Notes under the pieces: generated by a model | The model's database searches: none | What the model saw: only the letters and a program-made list of their open reading frames with translations | Told to the model about the DNA's origin: nothing | Part shown: piece by piece, positions 1 through 10,923 of the stretch | How the letters are laid out: every line of letters begins with the position of its first letter | Position numbering within the stretch: position 1 is the stretch's first letter | Made by a program: the position numbers and the translations under genes | From: an uncultured Bacteroidales bacterium | Lineage (GTDB): Bacteria > Bacteroidota > Bacteroidia > Bacteroidales > Bacteroidaceae | Length of the DNA stretch: 64,000 nucleotides | Reading direction: 5' to 3' | NCBI GenBank assembly: GCA_902760315.1 | Contig: CACWFV010000008.1 | Span: 14,212 to 78,211, forward strand

Positions 1-662
1 AGAATAGCTTTGCTTTTTATCATTTCTTTTAAATAGTCCCTGTAAGCAACAAAGTGATTTCCTATATATTTATCTGCAGGTTTTGTTTTACTATATATGT
101 AAACAAAATTATTCCATCCTAAATGTTCAGTATATCTAATAACGTGCATAATAGACTCATAACGACTTTTGTCAGAGCCCAAAAATATCATATCATACTT
201 TAGAGAATCCGCCACCAAAGATTTGTCAATAACATAAGGATTCTCAATATATTCATAGCCAAATTGGCATGAATCACTTTGGTCAAATGACAAAACCCGG
301 TCACACAATTTTGCATGTTTTATATGTAAGTCACGTACTCTTACATAATCTACTGCATTTAATGAATTGCGAAACCAATAGATTAATTGAGCATGTGGGA
401 ATATTTTTCGTAAATATGAGAAAATGCCGTCATCAAGCGAACCATCTTCCATGATGATCTTTGTGTAATCATTGGTATCAAATTTCCACGAATCGTAGTA
501 TCTGTCTATATTGATTCTTAATTTTATCATGATTTTCCTCAACACCCGTTCAGGAATTGACATATCACGATAAATATTATATACTGATACCTGTTCTGTG
601 TTCTTTATTCCATAAAAGAACTGAGAATTTTTTCTACTTAATAAGAGAAGGTATTTGTCCAT
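1..662 (-). CDS. Putative glycosyltransferase, RfaS/WaaS-like polysaccharide biosynthesis protein (3' end outside window)
   Basis: Absent from ORF track. Manual translation from ATG 662 stays open to base 1 (MDKYLLLLSRK...DRVLSFDQSD...YDMIFLGSDKSR...YRDYLKEMIKSKAIL). Starts 1 nt after the wzx stop; AT-rich. Confidence 0.65.
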   Translation of the reverse strand, partial: MDKYLLLLSRKNSQFFYGIKNTEQVSVYNIYRDMSIPERVLRKIMIKLRINIDRYYDSWKFDTNDYTKIIMEDGSLDDGIFSYLRKIFPHAQLIYWFRNSLNAVDYVRVRDLHIKHAKLCDRVLSFDQSDSCQFGYEYIENPYVIDKSLVADSLKYDMIFLGSDKSRYESIMHVIRYTEHLGWNNFVYIYSKTKPADKYIGNHFVAYRDYLKEMIKSKAI

Positions 663-663
663 A

Positions 664-2007
664 TTATTTAATCCATATTCCTTGAGCTTGACCTTTCAAA
701 ATCTTGTTTAGCTGTATCCTATTTAGAACAGCCCCAGAGAGATTGACTAAGCACATACCTATTACAATACCATTGACACCATATTTATTAGCAAAATAGT
801 AACATACGGGATAGAATAAGATAGCCACACACACAATGTTTATCATCTGAAGCTTCAGTACACCCATGCCAAATAGAAAGCTAGAAAAGCTAAGACTATA
901 TAGATTAATCATTGTATAAACTGCCATTAATACAGAAAGTGTTAAAGGAATAGAGACTTCATCGCCAACCCATACATGGTAGGCTACTTTTGAAAAGCAT
1001 ACCATCAATGTTAAAATACCTGCAATTAAAAGAAGAAACTTTTGTACCTTATACATAGAACTCTCTATCCATTTTAAATCTCCTTTCGCATAGGCATCTG
1101 TAGCAGCTGACCACATGGGCGCCACCATAAGTCCAAATAGTGATGGAACCAGGATAAAATATCTATAGGCTATATTATATGGAGTTACTTGGTCTGGGCC
1201 AAACATGTTTGATATAATCAAATTAGATAACGAAAACAAGACAATGCCCATCACTTGCAAAACAAAAAACGAAATACTCAAAGATAGCAAATCTTTAAGA
1301 TATTCTTTCTTAAAATATTTAGGCGAAGGTGCTAAATAAGGATACAACTTATAAAAAGTAACAGGATAACACAACAAATAAACTAGCGGTGGTGCTGCCG
1401 AATAGACAATCGCAACCCAAAACAGACTCCCTTGTGTTGTCTTTGTAAGTACATAAATTACAATTAAAGACAACAAATGTGCACTAAAGGTTATCAAATA
1501 ATTGATTGCAGGAAGTTGTAACGCCTGATAAACATTGCCAATAAACTTTAGAATGAAATTTAAACAGAAGAATAGAAAAGATACTAATATGATCTCTTTA
1601 ATATTAGATACAGAGTTACTACTTACATTTAACAACGCATACCAATCAATAACGTTAATGAGTGATGCAAAAACAACAAATATGATAATAGTGATAAATA
1701 TTAGCATATAGAAAGTCGTACTCACATAGCTTCTACCCTGCTCTTTATCATCTGTTGCTATTGCAATACCAAGTTTATTACGCAAGCCACTTCCTAATCC
1801 AATATCAAAAGAGTTTATCCACGACAATATGGAACTAAGGGTAAGCCAAATTCCATACTCATATGCATTAAGATAGCCTAATGTTACTGGAACTAAAGCC
1901 AAATAGATAAATGCATCAACACCTTTTAATAGTGTTGACGCTATTATATTTTTCTTTGCTTTTACACTACGTTTGTCACCAGTAGTAATCCGAGTTAAGA
2001 TATTCAT
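664..2007 (-). CDS. wzx: Polysaccharide flippase (Wzx/MATE-like)
   Basis: 447 aa with about 12 hydrophobic segments; YGIWLTLSSILSW..FDIGLG.GLRNKL motif; polysaccharide operon context. Confidence 0.85.
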   Translation of the reverse strand: MNILTRITTGDKRSVKAKKNIIASTLLKGVDAFIYLALVPVTLGYLNAYEYGIWLTLSSILSWINSFDIGLGSGLRNKLGIAIATDDKEQGRSYVSTTFYMLIFITIIIFVVFASLINVIDWYALLNVSSNSVSNIKEIILVSFLFFCLNFILKFIGNVYQALQLPAINYLITFSAHLLSLIVIYVLTKTTQGSLFWVAIVYSAAPPLVYLLCYPVTFYKLYPYLAPSPKYFKKEYLKDLLSLSISFFVLQVMGIVLFSLSNLIISNMFGPDQVTPYNIAYRYFILVPSLFGLMVAPMWSAATDAYAKGDLKWIESSMYKVQKFLLLIAGILTLMVCFSKVAYHVWVGDEVSIPLTLSVLMAVYTMINLYSLSFSSFLFGMGVLKLQMINIVCVAILFYPVCYYFANKYGVNGIVIGMCLVNLSGAVLNRIQLNKILKGQAQGIWIK

Positions 2008-2008
2008 C

Positions 2009-5000
2009 TTACGGTATCAGAATTTTATATGTCTTGGTACTTACATCAGATTTTATATTCAATAAATATGCCCCAGCTGCAATACCAGATATGTTCAATA
2101 ATTTTTTATTTCTGATTTTTCTTATGATCTTACCGCCTAAATTGTACAATGTCAATTCGCGTATATTACCTTTTACTAAAATTTCCTTATTATCACCTGT
2201 TGATAATTCTGTTTCATCCTCCAATACTTTAATTCCATCAGTTGAAGCTCTTGTATGAAAATGGTACTCTCCAGACAGCAGATTATAAATATGACAATTG
2301 TTTAGTTCACCAATAAAAGATACTCCCTCAGAATCCGATGCTACAATATTACTTTCTAAAATTTCTGCATGTGAAGAAGATACTGGCAGGTAAAGTGTTG
2401 CTGTCGTATTAGCTGGTACAATGCAGGAGTATTCAAAACCGCCATCATCGAATGCCTTCCATGAAGATCTAATTTTACCACGGCAAGAATTGTAAGAAGA
2501 ATTTACCTCTTTAACGCGCTCTTGGCCTTCAGGTAAATCACCACGATAATCAGGAGTAGGTCTTAAAATAATATGTTTAAAACCAACATCTGTTACTTCG
2601 CAATCAATACCAGCCATATATCGATACATCCATTCGGCCACGGCACCATAGGCATAATGGTTAAATGAGTTCATTGAAGCAGGTCCAAAACCCTTCTCAA
2701 GAGTATAGGAGTCCCATCTTTCCCAAATGGTAGTTGCACCTTGATCTATGCTGTATAACCACGATGGATTATCCCGCTGCAACAGCAAATTATACGCTAA
2801 ATCATCCAGCATATGCTTTGACAATGTTGTCAGATACAACGAAGTTCCAAGGAATCCTGTTGAGAGTAAACCACCTCTTTCATCAATACTTTTTTTCAGT
2901 AATTCTTTTGCTTGCTTCTCTTTATCCTCATCAAGTAAATTGAAAGCTAATGGCAAAATATATGTCGTTTGTGTGTTTTCAACAGGAAGAGGATTCCAAT
3001 AACGTGTATTAAACTCGCTTTTTATGCTTTCATAAAGCTGGTCATAATATTTAGACTTTTCTGCATATATATCGTCTTCTGCACAGCTCAAAGCACCTGC
3101 CATGTATGACATCAGCTGAGCATCATAGGCATAATACGCTACGCTTACATAGCGATTATCACATTTATCATACGCAAGCCAATCTCCATAAGATATTCCT
3201 GCACCCTGATATTTATATTCCCCCTCTGTGTTAGAAGCCATCCATTCCATGTATTTCTCCATAGAACTAAAATGCTCGCGAAGAATATCTTTATTGCCAT
3301 ACATCAAATACATGTTATAAGGGATTATAATACCAGCATCTCCCCATCCTGCATTACCATACCACTTATAGACTGGAGGACACATATCCGGATAAGATCC
3401 TTTCTCATCTTGGGAATCCCTAAGATCGGCTAGGTATTTTCTATAGAATGCTTCGGATGGAGCATTATACATTCCAGTCCGCGAGAAGGCTTGCGCATCA
3501 CCAGTCCACCCATAACGTTCATTTCGTTGAGGACAATCCGTTGGAATGCTTACAAAATTGCCACGCTGTCCCCATTTTATATTTGAATATAGTTGATTAA
3601 CTGATTCGTTATTAGTAAATATGCTGCCACTTTCTTCTACCTGTGAACTGATAGGCAGACCATATATATCAATGACTTCAATGTCATCATCAGCAGTTAG
3701 CTCGCAATAACGAAATCCAAAATAAGTTGAGAAAGGCTGATGTGTATCACCTAAGTCAATCCCACTTAAAGTATATAAGAGAGACGCTTTTGCAGTGCGG
3801 AGATTTGCCAGATATAAACTCCCGCCAGGACCATCGTTGCCCCGGTCACCTGAACCTGTATCATTTAACATTTCCGCATATCTGATACGCAAGTGCGTTC
3901 CTTTAGCCCCTTTAATTACAAAAGGTGTCCAACCAACTAAATTTTGGCCAAAGTCTAAAATGGCTATTTGCCCTTTTTTCAGCAAGAAAGACCTAAATCC
4001 GTCATATTGGTCAGTTACATCTATCTCGCCATATTCTGTACCAGTATTCTTAATTCCACTATATATTTTTACGGATTTCACTGGTTGATGGAAATCTTTT
4101 AATGCATATACTTCAGACCCAAGCAAAGAAACTATCTTTCCTTCAAAATCTGATGATACCTCACATGGTGTCCAAAGTCCACTAGGCATTCCTGTTATCG
4201 TCCAATCACTTTCTTTAGTCGCATCATATTCTTCACCATCCCAAATGTCACCTAACAAAAGAGCACCATCATTATTTGATTCCCATGTGTTATCTGTTAC
4301 AATTACTTCAGAAGTATTATCAACATAGATAATATGCAATTTTGCTATTAGAGCCAAAGGTTTCTTACCATATGTACCTACAGATATATTACCTTTCCAC
4401 CATCCATTGGCTAGAGAGGCGCCTAAAATATTCTCGCCATTTTGAAAATAAGATGTAACATCGTGCATTGAATAATTAATCGTTTTACGATAATCAGTCC
4501 ACCCAGGTTTCAGTTCTTCGTATATAGTAGACCCATCTTGTTGTATATGTCCAACTCGTTTTCCGTTAATTTTCAAATCATATACACCTAAGGCAATACT
4601 GTAAAGCCAAGCCTGTTTAATTTCTTTATCTACCAGAATGGTTTTTCTAAATCTTGGCATTCCTTCATTTGCGACACTTTTTATCCATTGTGCGCCATTC
4701 CAGCCTGTATCGATAAGTCCTGTCACAAAACAAGCACCCTCATCCGATGATGCGATATTTCCTCTGTTATCCCTGACAGTAACCGTCCAATAATAACGTG
4801 TAGCAGGACTTATCTGAAAACCATTGGCTTCGACATTCACGGTATTATCTCCTTCTATGTCTCCAGAGTCATATACAATTTCTCCATTCTTCAGATCTTT
4901 ATAAATAATAATGCGATATGTCTCTTGGAAACATCCTCGCTCTTCAGACTCTAAAATCCAACTGAACCTAGGCGCAATATCCAGGCCAATGGGATTCTTA

Positions 5001-5092
5001 ACTGAATTGACCCGAAGATTTGACACACTAAGTCCATAAAGATGTATTGTGACGCCGCATAAGACTGTGAGAAGACACAGAATCTTTTTCAT
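2009..5092 (-). CDS. Alpha-L-rhamnosidase (GH78) with signal peptide and T9SS-type C-terminal sorting domain
   Basis: IPTDCPQRNERYGWTGDAQ, GATTIWERW and MNSFNHYAYGAV motifs; C-terminus LYNLGGK...GAYLLNI...TYKILI. Confidence 0.9.
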   Translation of the reverse strand: MKKILCLLTVLCGVTIHLYGLSVSNLRVNSVKNPIGLDIAPRFSWILESEERGCFQETYRIIIYKDLKNGEIVYDSGDIEGDNTVNVEANGFQISPATRYYWTVTVRDNRGNIASSDEGACFVTGLIDTGWNGAQWIKSVANEGMPRFRKTILVDKEIKQAWLYSIALGVYDLKINGKRVGHIQQDGSTIYEELKPGWTDYRKTINYSMHDVTSYFQNGENILGASLANGWWKGNISVGTYGKKPLALIAKLHIIYVDNTSEVIVTDNTWESNNDGALLLGDIWDGEEYDATKESDWTITGMPSGLWTPCEVSSDFEGKIVSLLGSEVYALKDFHQPVKSVKIYSGIKNTGTEYGEIDVTDQYDGFRSFLLKKGQIAILDFGQNLVGWTPFVIKGAKGTHLRIRYAEMLNDTGSGDRGNDGPGGSLYLANLRTAKASLLYTLSGIDLGDTHQPFSTYFGFRYCELTADDDIEVIDIYGLPISSQVEESGSIFTNNESVNQLYSNIKWGQRGNFVSIPTDCPQRNERYGWTGDAQAFSRTGMYNAPSEAFYRKYLADLRDSQDEKGSYPDMCPPVYKWYGNAGWGDAGIIIPYNMYLMYGNKDILREHFSSMEKYMEWMASNTEGEYKYQGAGISYGDWLAYDKCDNRYVSVAYYAYDAQLMSYMAGALSCAEDDIYAEKSKYYDQLYESIKSEFNTRYWNPLPVENTQTTYILPLAFNLLDEDKEKQAKELLKKSIDERGGLLSTGFLGTSLYLTTLSKHMLDDLAYNLLLQRDNPSWLYSIDQGATTIWERWDSYTLEKGFGPASMNSFNHYAYGAVAEWMYRYMAGIDCEVTDVGFKHIILRPTPDYRGDLPEGQERVKEVNSSYNSCRGKIRSSWKAFDDGGFEYSCIVPANTTATLYLPVSSSHAEILESNIVASDSEGVSFIGELNNCHIYNLLSGEYHFHTRASTDGIKVLEDETELSTGDNKEILVKGNIRELTLYNLGGKIIRKIRNKKLLNISGIAAGAYLLNIKSDVSTKTYKILIP

Positions 5093-5112
5093 CTTAATAT
5101 TTATCCTACTTT

Positions 5113-6033
5113 CTATCTTACCATGTTGTTAATACACTTTTTTAAAGAGTCAGTCCAATAGGGAATGATAAGCCCAAATGCTTGTTTGATTTTCGTTTTA
5201 TCTAGAACGGAATATGCTGGACGCTTAACCGGGCTTGGAAACTCATCGCTATGACAAGGCAATATTTCGCATTCGGTTGTACCCGCATACTCAGCAATCA
5301 TCTTCGTGAAGTCATACCAAGAACAGACACCTTCATTGCTGAAATGATAGATTCCATTCTTTGAATACAATGACCATTGATGATTATATTCTAAACATTC
5401 CTTCTTGTAATCATCAATTACTATTGCTATTGCTTTGGCGAGGTCTAATGCGTATGTTGGCGTACCAGCCTGGTCGAATACAACCTTAAGCTGTGGCTTT
5501 GTAGCCGTAAGGTTCAGCATCGTTTTCACGAAATTCTTGCCAAACTCCGAATACAACCAAGCTGTACGGAGTATCACATAGTTGCAATTTGTTGCGATAA
5601 TGCTTTGCTCACCGTGCAGCTTTGTCTTACCATATATCCCCGTTGGTGTTCCCTTTTGGTCCTCTTTGCAAGGAGTGTTATATGGTTCTCCTCCAAACAC
5701 ATAATCAGTAGAGACATGAATCAATAGGCCATTCACCTCCTTCACGGCAATAGCCAGATTCTTTGGTGCTTCTGCATTTAATTTCTCTGCCAATGCCTCA
5801 TTACTTTCAGCGGCATCTACATTTGTGTAGGCTGCACAGTTCACAATTATGTTGACATTCTGTTCTTTCACGAGGTTTCTGATGGCATCGAGGTCGGTAA
5901 TATCAAGTATTGTTGTATCTTGACCTTCCACCTCGACTACATCTGTAAAGATGTATTTGTCTTCTGAGTCTTTGGCAACGATACGCATTTCATTGCCAAG
6001 CTGACCATTGGCTCCTGTTACAAGTATATTCAT
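5113..6033 (-). CDS. rfbD: dTDP-4-dehydrorhamnose reductase
   Basis: GANGQLG, NCAAYTNVD, STDYVF and YGKTK motifs. Confidence 0.95.
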   Translation of the reverse strand: MNILVTGANGQLGNEMRIVAKDSEDKYIFTDVVEVEGQDTTILDITDLDAIRNLVKEQNVNIIVNCAAYTNVDAAESNEALAEKLNAEAPKNLAIAVKEVNGLLIHVSTDYVFGGEPYNTPCKEDQKGTPTGIYGKTKLHGEQSIIATNCNYVILRTAWLYSEFGKNFVKTMLNLTATKPQLKVVFDQAGTPTYALDLAKAIAIVIDDYKKECLEYNHQWSLYSKNGIYHFSNEGVCSWYDFTKMIAEYAGTTECEILPCHSDEFPSPVKRPAYSVLDKTKIKQAFGLIIPYWTDSLKKCINNMVR

Positions 6034-6035
6034 AA

Positions 6036-7181
6036 TTATCTATTGCTATATTGTAATTCATAATATTTTTGATAATCGCCTGAGGTGACGTTGTCGAGCC
6101 ACTCCTGATTGTCGAGATACCAGCGCACGGTCTTCTCAATGCCCTCCTCGAACTGGAGGCTGGGCTCCCAACTGAGTTCCTTCTGCAGCTTCGTTGAGTC
6201 AATGGCATAGCGCAGGTCATGACCGGCACGGTCGGTGACGTATGTTATCAGGTCCATGTCCTCACCCTCCTTGCGGCCAAGCAGACGGTCTACGGTGTTG
6301 ATGAGCACCTTGATGATGTCGATGTTCTTCCACTCATTGAAACCACCGATATTGTATGTGTCAGCAATCTTACCGTTGTGGAAGATGATGTCGATAGCAC
6401 GTGCATGGTCTACTACATAGAGCCAGTCGCGCACGTTCTCTCCCTTGCCATATACGGGCAGAGGCTTGCGGTGGCGGATATTGTTTATGAACAGCGGAAT
6501 CAGCTTCTCAGGGAACTGATAGGGACCGTAGTTATTTGAGCAGTTGGTGATGACCACGGGCATGCCATAGGTATCGTGGAAGGCACGCACGAAGTGATCG
6601 GAAGAAGCCTTCGAGGCTGAGTACGGAGAGTGAGGATTATACTTCGTGGTCTCCAGGAAGAACTTGTCACCGTAAGCTAAGTGGTGCTCTGCACTCGATG
6701 CCGTAGTAGTGAAAGGAGGCTCGATACCGTCGGGATGAGTCAGTTCCAGGGCTCCGTACACCTCGTCAGTAGAGATGTGATAGAAGCGCTTGCCCTCGTA
6801 CTTCTCAGGCAGGCTCTCCCAGTAGAGCTTGGCAGCCTGCAGCAGGCTCAGTGTACCCATCACGTTAGTGCGGGCAAAGGTGAACGGGTCCTTGATAGAG
6901 CGGTCTACATGGCTCTCTGCAGCCAGATGGATGATACCATCCACCTTCTTGTCCTGCATCAGCTGGTAGAAGGCATCGAAGTCGCAGATGTCCATCTTCA
7001 CAAACTCATAGTTGGGCTTGTCCTCAATGTCCTTGAGGTTTGCCAGGTTACCCGCATAGGTCAACTTGTCGAGGTTGATGATGCGATACTCGGGATACTT
7101 GTTCACGAAAAGGCGCACTACATGACTTCCTATAAAGCCCGCGCCGCCAGTAATTACAATCGTTCGTTTCATATTATTCAA
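6036..7181 (-). CDS. rfbB: dTDP-glucose 4,6-dehydratase
   Basis: [32 protein letters not shown] and YSASK motifs. Confidence 0.95.
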   Translation of the reverse strand: MNNMKRTIVITGGAGFIGSHVVRLFVNKYPEYRIINLDKLTYAGNLANLKDIEDKPNYEFVKMDICDFDAFYQLMQDKKVDGIIHLAAESHVDRSIKDPFTFARTNVMGTLSLLQAAKLYWESLPEKYEGKRFYHISTDEVYGALELTHPDGIEPPFTTTASSAEHHLAYGDKFFLETTKYNPHSPYSASKASSDHFVRAFHDTYGMPVVITNCSNNYGPYQFPEKLIPLFINNIRHRKPLPVYGKGENVRDWLYVVDHARAIDIIFHNGKIADTYNIGGFNEWKNIDIIKVLINTVDRLLGRKEGEDMDLITYVTDRAGHDLRYAIDSTKLQKELSWEPSLQFEEGIEKTVRWYLDNQEWLDNVTSGDYQKYYELQYSNR

Positions 7182-8080
7182 ATATTTGAACTACCCGTAC
7201 GTTTCAATTCTTCGATTACGTTCAATAGATACTGCCCATACTGATTTTTTAACATCGGCTGTGCCAATTGGCGCATCTTATCTTCATCTATCCACCCTTT
7301 TCGGTAGGCAATACCTTCAAGACAAGCAACTTTTAATCCCTGGCGCTTCTCTATAACCTCAATATAGGTTGATGCCTCTGCTAATGAGTCATGCGTTCCA
7401 GTGTCAAGCCATGCAAAACCTCTGCCCAGAGTCTGTACTTTCAGATTGCCAGCCTTCAAAAATTCTTGATTGACGGTTGTAATCTCTAATTCGCCACGAG
7501 CTGAAGGCTTGATATTCTTAGCAACTTCTACAACCTTATTTGGATAGAAATATAGGCCTACTACGGCATAGTTGCTTTTAGGTTTGGCCGGTTTTTCTTC
7601 TATACTAAGGCAATTCCCTTCTTTGTCAAACTCAGCTACGCCATAACGTTCCGGATCTGACACCCAATATCCAAAGACTGTTGCTTTATTATTCTGTTCT
7701 GCATCCTCAACTGCTTTCTTTAACAAAGCAGTAAATCCATTACCATTAAAAATGTTGTCGCCAAGCACTAAGCACGCTGAATCATTACCAATGAACTTTT
7801 CACCTATGATAAATGCCTGTGCCAATCCGTCAGGCGAAGGCTGTTCAGCATATTCAAAATTCACGCCATAGCTACTGCCGTCACCAAGAAGCCGTTTGAA
7901 TCCGGGTAGATCATCAGGCGTGGAGATAATCAGAATATCTCTGATACCTGCAAGCATCAACACTGAAATTGGATAATACACCATCGGTTTGTCAAAAATA
8001 GGAATCAACTGCTTAGAAATTCCTTTGGTAATAGGATACAACCTGGTACCACTGCCACCTGCTAAAACTATTCCTTTCAT
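7178..8080 (-). CDS. rfbA: Glucose-1-phosphate thymidylyltransferase
   Basis: [16 protein letters not shown] start at ATG 8080 (ORF track start 8110 is too long); [11 protein letters not shown] and WLDTGT motifs. Confidence 0.95.
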   Translation of the reverse strand: MKGIVLAGGSGTRLYPITKGISKQLIPIFDKPMVYYPISVLMLAGIRDILIISTPDDLPGFKRLLGDGSSYGVNFEYAEQPSPDGLAQAFIIGEKFIGNDSACLVLGDNIFNGNGFTALLKKAVEDAEQNNKATVFGYWVSDPERYGVAEFDKEGNCLSIEEKPAKPKSNYAVVGLYFYPNKVVEVAKNIKPSARGELEITTVNQEFLKAGNLKVQTLGRGFAWLDTGTHDSLAEASTYIEVIEKRQGLKVACLEGIAYRKGWIDEDKMRQLAQPMLKNQYGQYLLNVIEELKRTGSSNI

Positions 8081-8092
8081 GATTATGATTTT

Positions 8093-8160
8093 AAAAGGGA
8101 GACAGGCCAATTGTTATTGAACTGTTGTCTTATGAGAGACCTGTGGTTATCCTGCCTCCC
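8093..8160 (-). promoter_or_regulatory. Stem-loop with short U-tract ahead of rfbA
   Basis: On the minus strand GGGAGGCAGG (8160-8151) pairs with CCTGTCTCCC (8106-8097, one G-U), then TTTT; 44-nt loop. Confidence 0.4.
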
Positions 8161-8239
8161 CATATTATTTTTTACTAACGCTGTTTCACGGCATGAACTA
8201 TAGATGTCTCTGTAAGAAGAGTGATGAAAATTCATCCTC

Positions 8240-8800
8240 CTACTTTTTATAAATAAATGGAGAATCGAAATCCTTTAATAAAGCATGCTTTGTGTCTTTC
8301 TCAGAAAGAATTGCATGTCCAGTAGGAATTCGCCAATCAATGCCAAGAGATTTATCAAGAATACTGATACCACCATCTGCCTCTGGATGATAGAATTCAT
8401 CACACTTATACTGGAAGACGGCAGTCTCAGACATCACAGCAAAGCCGTGAGCAAAACCTTTCGGAATAAAGAACTGACGATGGTTATCCTCAGTCAGCTC
8501 TACAGCCACATGCTGTCCGTAAGTAGGGCTACCCTTACGAATATCCACTGCCACATCGAGTACTGCACCCTTTACACAGCGCACCAACTTGCTCTGAGTA
8601 AATGGTGGCCGTTGGAAATGTAGTCCGCGCATGACACCATATGAAGATTTACTCTCGTTGTCCTGCACAAAGGTAATAGGACATACCTTCTCGCTGAATT
8701 CTCTTTGAGAAAAACTCTCAAAAAAATATCCCCTGCTGTCTTCGAAAATTCGTGGTTCTATGATTACCACGTCCTTAATAGATGTGTTAATTATATTCAT
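8240..8800 (-). CDS. rfbC: dTDP-4-dehydrorhamnose 3,5-epimerase (copy 1)
   Basis: DSRGYFFESF, RGLHFQ, DIRKGSPTYG and GFAHGF motifs. Confidence 0.95.
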   Translation of the reverse strand: MNIINTSIKDVVIIEPRIFEDSRGYFFESFSQREFSEKVCPITFVQDNESKSSYGVMRGLHFQRPPFTQSKLVRCVKGAVLDVAVDIRKGSPTYGQHVAVELTEDNHRQFFIPKGFAHGFAVMSETAVFQYKCDEFYHPEADGGISILDKSLGIDWRIPTGHAILSEKDTKHALLKDFDSPFIYKK

Positions 8801-8812
8801 ATGTGTTGAATT

Positions 8813-9988
8813 TTATTTTTTTCTACTTGGTGAATATATAATGTATGAATAGAAAGCATACTGTATGAATAATGATAAGCTAGCAGAAAGATAATCTCCC
8901 ATAAAAAACATGATAGTATGAGAGGCAAGTATTGAATACACAATCAATGCCGGTGAATTTGTTTTTGCCTTAGCAAAAAGAAATCCAGCTAATGCCCCAT
9001 ATACAATGCTGAACACTGCTATGCCCATCATCCCATAATCTTGATAGAATGGTTGTAATCCTGTGTAAACATTAGTATAATTCTGCGGACCAATTTGAGA
9101 GTAGTCTAATATGACATCTGCGACAGGAACACTTTTGTTAAAGACATGCGCTATGGCATAAAAAAGTCTAAAAACATTCCGGCCGTCCCAAGTTATATTA
9201 AATGTTGTATGATCAAAGGCTACCATCCCTCCAAAAACATAAGAGTCTATAAATCCTTTGATGCTATTTTCGCCAATATCGCTAATATCATTATCAGACC
9301 TTATGTTTTGCAAAAGAACAAAAAAGGCAAATATCAATAATGTCGGGAGAATAAGTTTCTTGATTCTTATCTTCTTCTTGAAAGATAAAACCACGAAAGA
9401 AGCAATAAATATCTGTACGAACTGTGCTTTTGCTACAGTTAACGCTGCAAAAAGTATATTTAGTACTAGAAGGACATAAAAAAGTTTCTTTTTTTCAGGA
9501 TATCGAATATACTCTGCAAGATATAATATGAAAATTGACGCTAAAAAATAAGCAAGAATGCCTAGAGATTCCCCCTCTACATTTTCATCTAATCCATTAT
9601 GCATTGCGCGCAGCATAAAAAAGAATTTTTCTGGATTTTTCAGAGCATTATTAATAGAGCTATATGCTGAATATAATACCGTCGGAACAGAAACCGCTAT
9701 AAGGATTTTCCATATTTTAGTATTAATTGTTTGTTTCCGATACTTGCTTTCCTTCAATTTAGACGAGAAGAATAGGGAAGTAATATAGAAACCTAAAACC
9801 CATATAAATATCGCTATAGGAAAGCGATTCTCTAATGGATAAAAGTTTGGGGATGATATAGTATAGGCAACCAATATTACTCCCCATGTACCCGATACAA
9901 GAGTATATGGAGAAAATAAAGAATGGCTATTTTTGTAGCCGATATATGCCAATAATAGGAAAAATAAGCCTAAAAATAATATTATCAT
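8813..9988 (-). CDS. wzy: O-antigen/polysaccharide polymerase
   Basis: 391 aa, very AT-rich, multi-TM; TNVYT...FYQDYG.MG motif. Confidence 0.8.
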   Translation of the reverse strand: MIILFLGLFFLLLAYIGYKNSHSLFSPYTLVSGTWGVILVAYTISSPNFYPLENRFPIAIFIWVLGFYITSLFFSSKLKESKYRKQTINTKIWKILIAVSVPTVLYSAYSSINNALKNPEKFFFMLRAMHNGLDENVEGESLGILAYFLASIFILYLAEYIRYPEKKKLFYVLLVLNILFAALTVAKAQFVQIFIASFVVLSFKKKIRIKKLILPTLLIFAFFVLLQNIRSDNDISDIGENSIKGFIDSYVFGGMVAFDHTTFNITWDGRNVFRLFYAIAHVFNKSVPVADVILDYSQIGPQNYTNVYTGLQPFYQDYGMMGIAVFSIVYGALAGFLFAKAKTNSPALIVYSILASHTIMFFMGDYLSASLSLFIQYAFYSYIIYSPSRKK

Positions 9989-10065
9989 TTAATGCGAAAT
10001 GTCTTATCCAAATTGATTTCAAAACTCTCATTCTACATTCAAGCCAAGGTTACGATTCCATATTG

Positions 10066-10427
10066 TCAACTCGTTATGAACTCGCTTGATATTCGTACAC
10101 TCTCTTTTGTAAATTTGTATGACGAGCCTATCAGGTCACAGTGATGGTACAATCCCATGATAAAGACTGGCTCTATATCTTTCGTCGTAACCTCTAATTG
10201 CGGACGAAGATGTTCCACTATCATTTCCGCATTACAGAGGCTACCAGAAGGCACTTTGCTCATCACGAACTCACGCAGGTTGAAATTGATTGCCGCCTCG
10301 TTAATCGTATCGCATAGCCCAAAGGCTTCAGCCAAGCCCTCATCTCGTCGATGGTATGTACATCACCCTTCAGGATCTGCTCCTTCAGTGGCTCTGTCAC
10401 CTCCTTGATGTTCTTAATTGGTGTCAT
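10066..10427 (-). pseudogene. Frameshifted hypothetical gene
   Basis: MTPIKNIKEV...DEMR (frame of ORF 10263..10505) joins LAEAFGLCDTINE... (ORF 10066..10335) if one G is added to the GGG at 10337-10339. Confidence 0.45.
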
Positions 10428-10428
10428 C

Positions 10429-10923
10429 TTAGTTCCACAATTCGTCCAGTCCATCCTTCCATCCGGGGAAGGGAGGATTGTTGGACAGTTCGTTGCAGAT
10501 GTCAATCATCGTATTGACAAAGTCCCTGTTGATGTCAAGCATTTCCTTGGTGATGGACAGAAGAGGAATGATGCCCGTCATCGGAACAAGCCGACCGACA
10601 GAGTAGTCGCTCTCGCCCTTCTTCTTCAGAAGCATGATGCCGTCAAGGGATTCGGTCAGCAGCCTGTACAGCGTCGGGCATGTAGCCTTGCAGCGAGGCA
10701 GCTGAACCTCGGGATTCTGCACTCGGTCAAAGAAGCGCCCCCAGTTGGCAATGATCCTCATCTGGCCATTACCGGCAGAGACAAGGTTCGTGACGGCATA
10801 CACACCCTTGTCCACCTTTGACACCAGCTCCACACAGTCCTTGCGGACGTTGACGGTAACACTGGGCAGGTTCTCGTTGAACGTCGCCCCTGCTTTGTCT
10901 GAGAACAGTCTTCTCATCGGCAT
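10429..10923 (-). CDS. Hypothetical protein in a higher-GC foreign insert
   Basis: 164-aa ORF with GC-rich third codon positions; next ATG follows 1 nt after its stop; no motif recognised. Confidence 0.6.
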   Translation of the reverse strand: MPMRRLFSDKAGATFNENLPSVTVNVRKDCVELVSKVDKGVYAVTNLVSAGNGQMRIIANWGRFFDRVQNPEVQLPRCKATCPTLYRLLTESLDGIMLLKKKGESDYSVGRLVPMTGIIPLLSITKEMLDINRDFVNTMIDICNELSNNPPFPGWKDGLDELWN

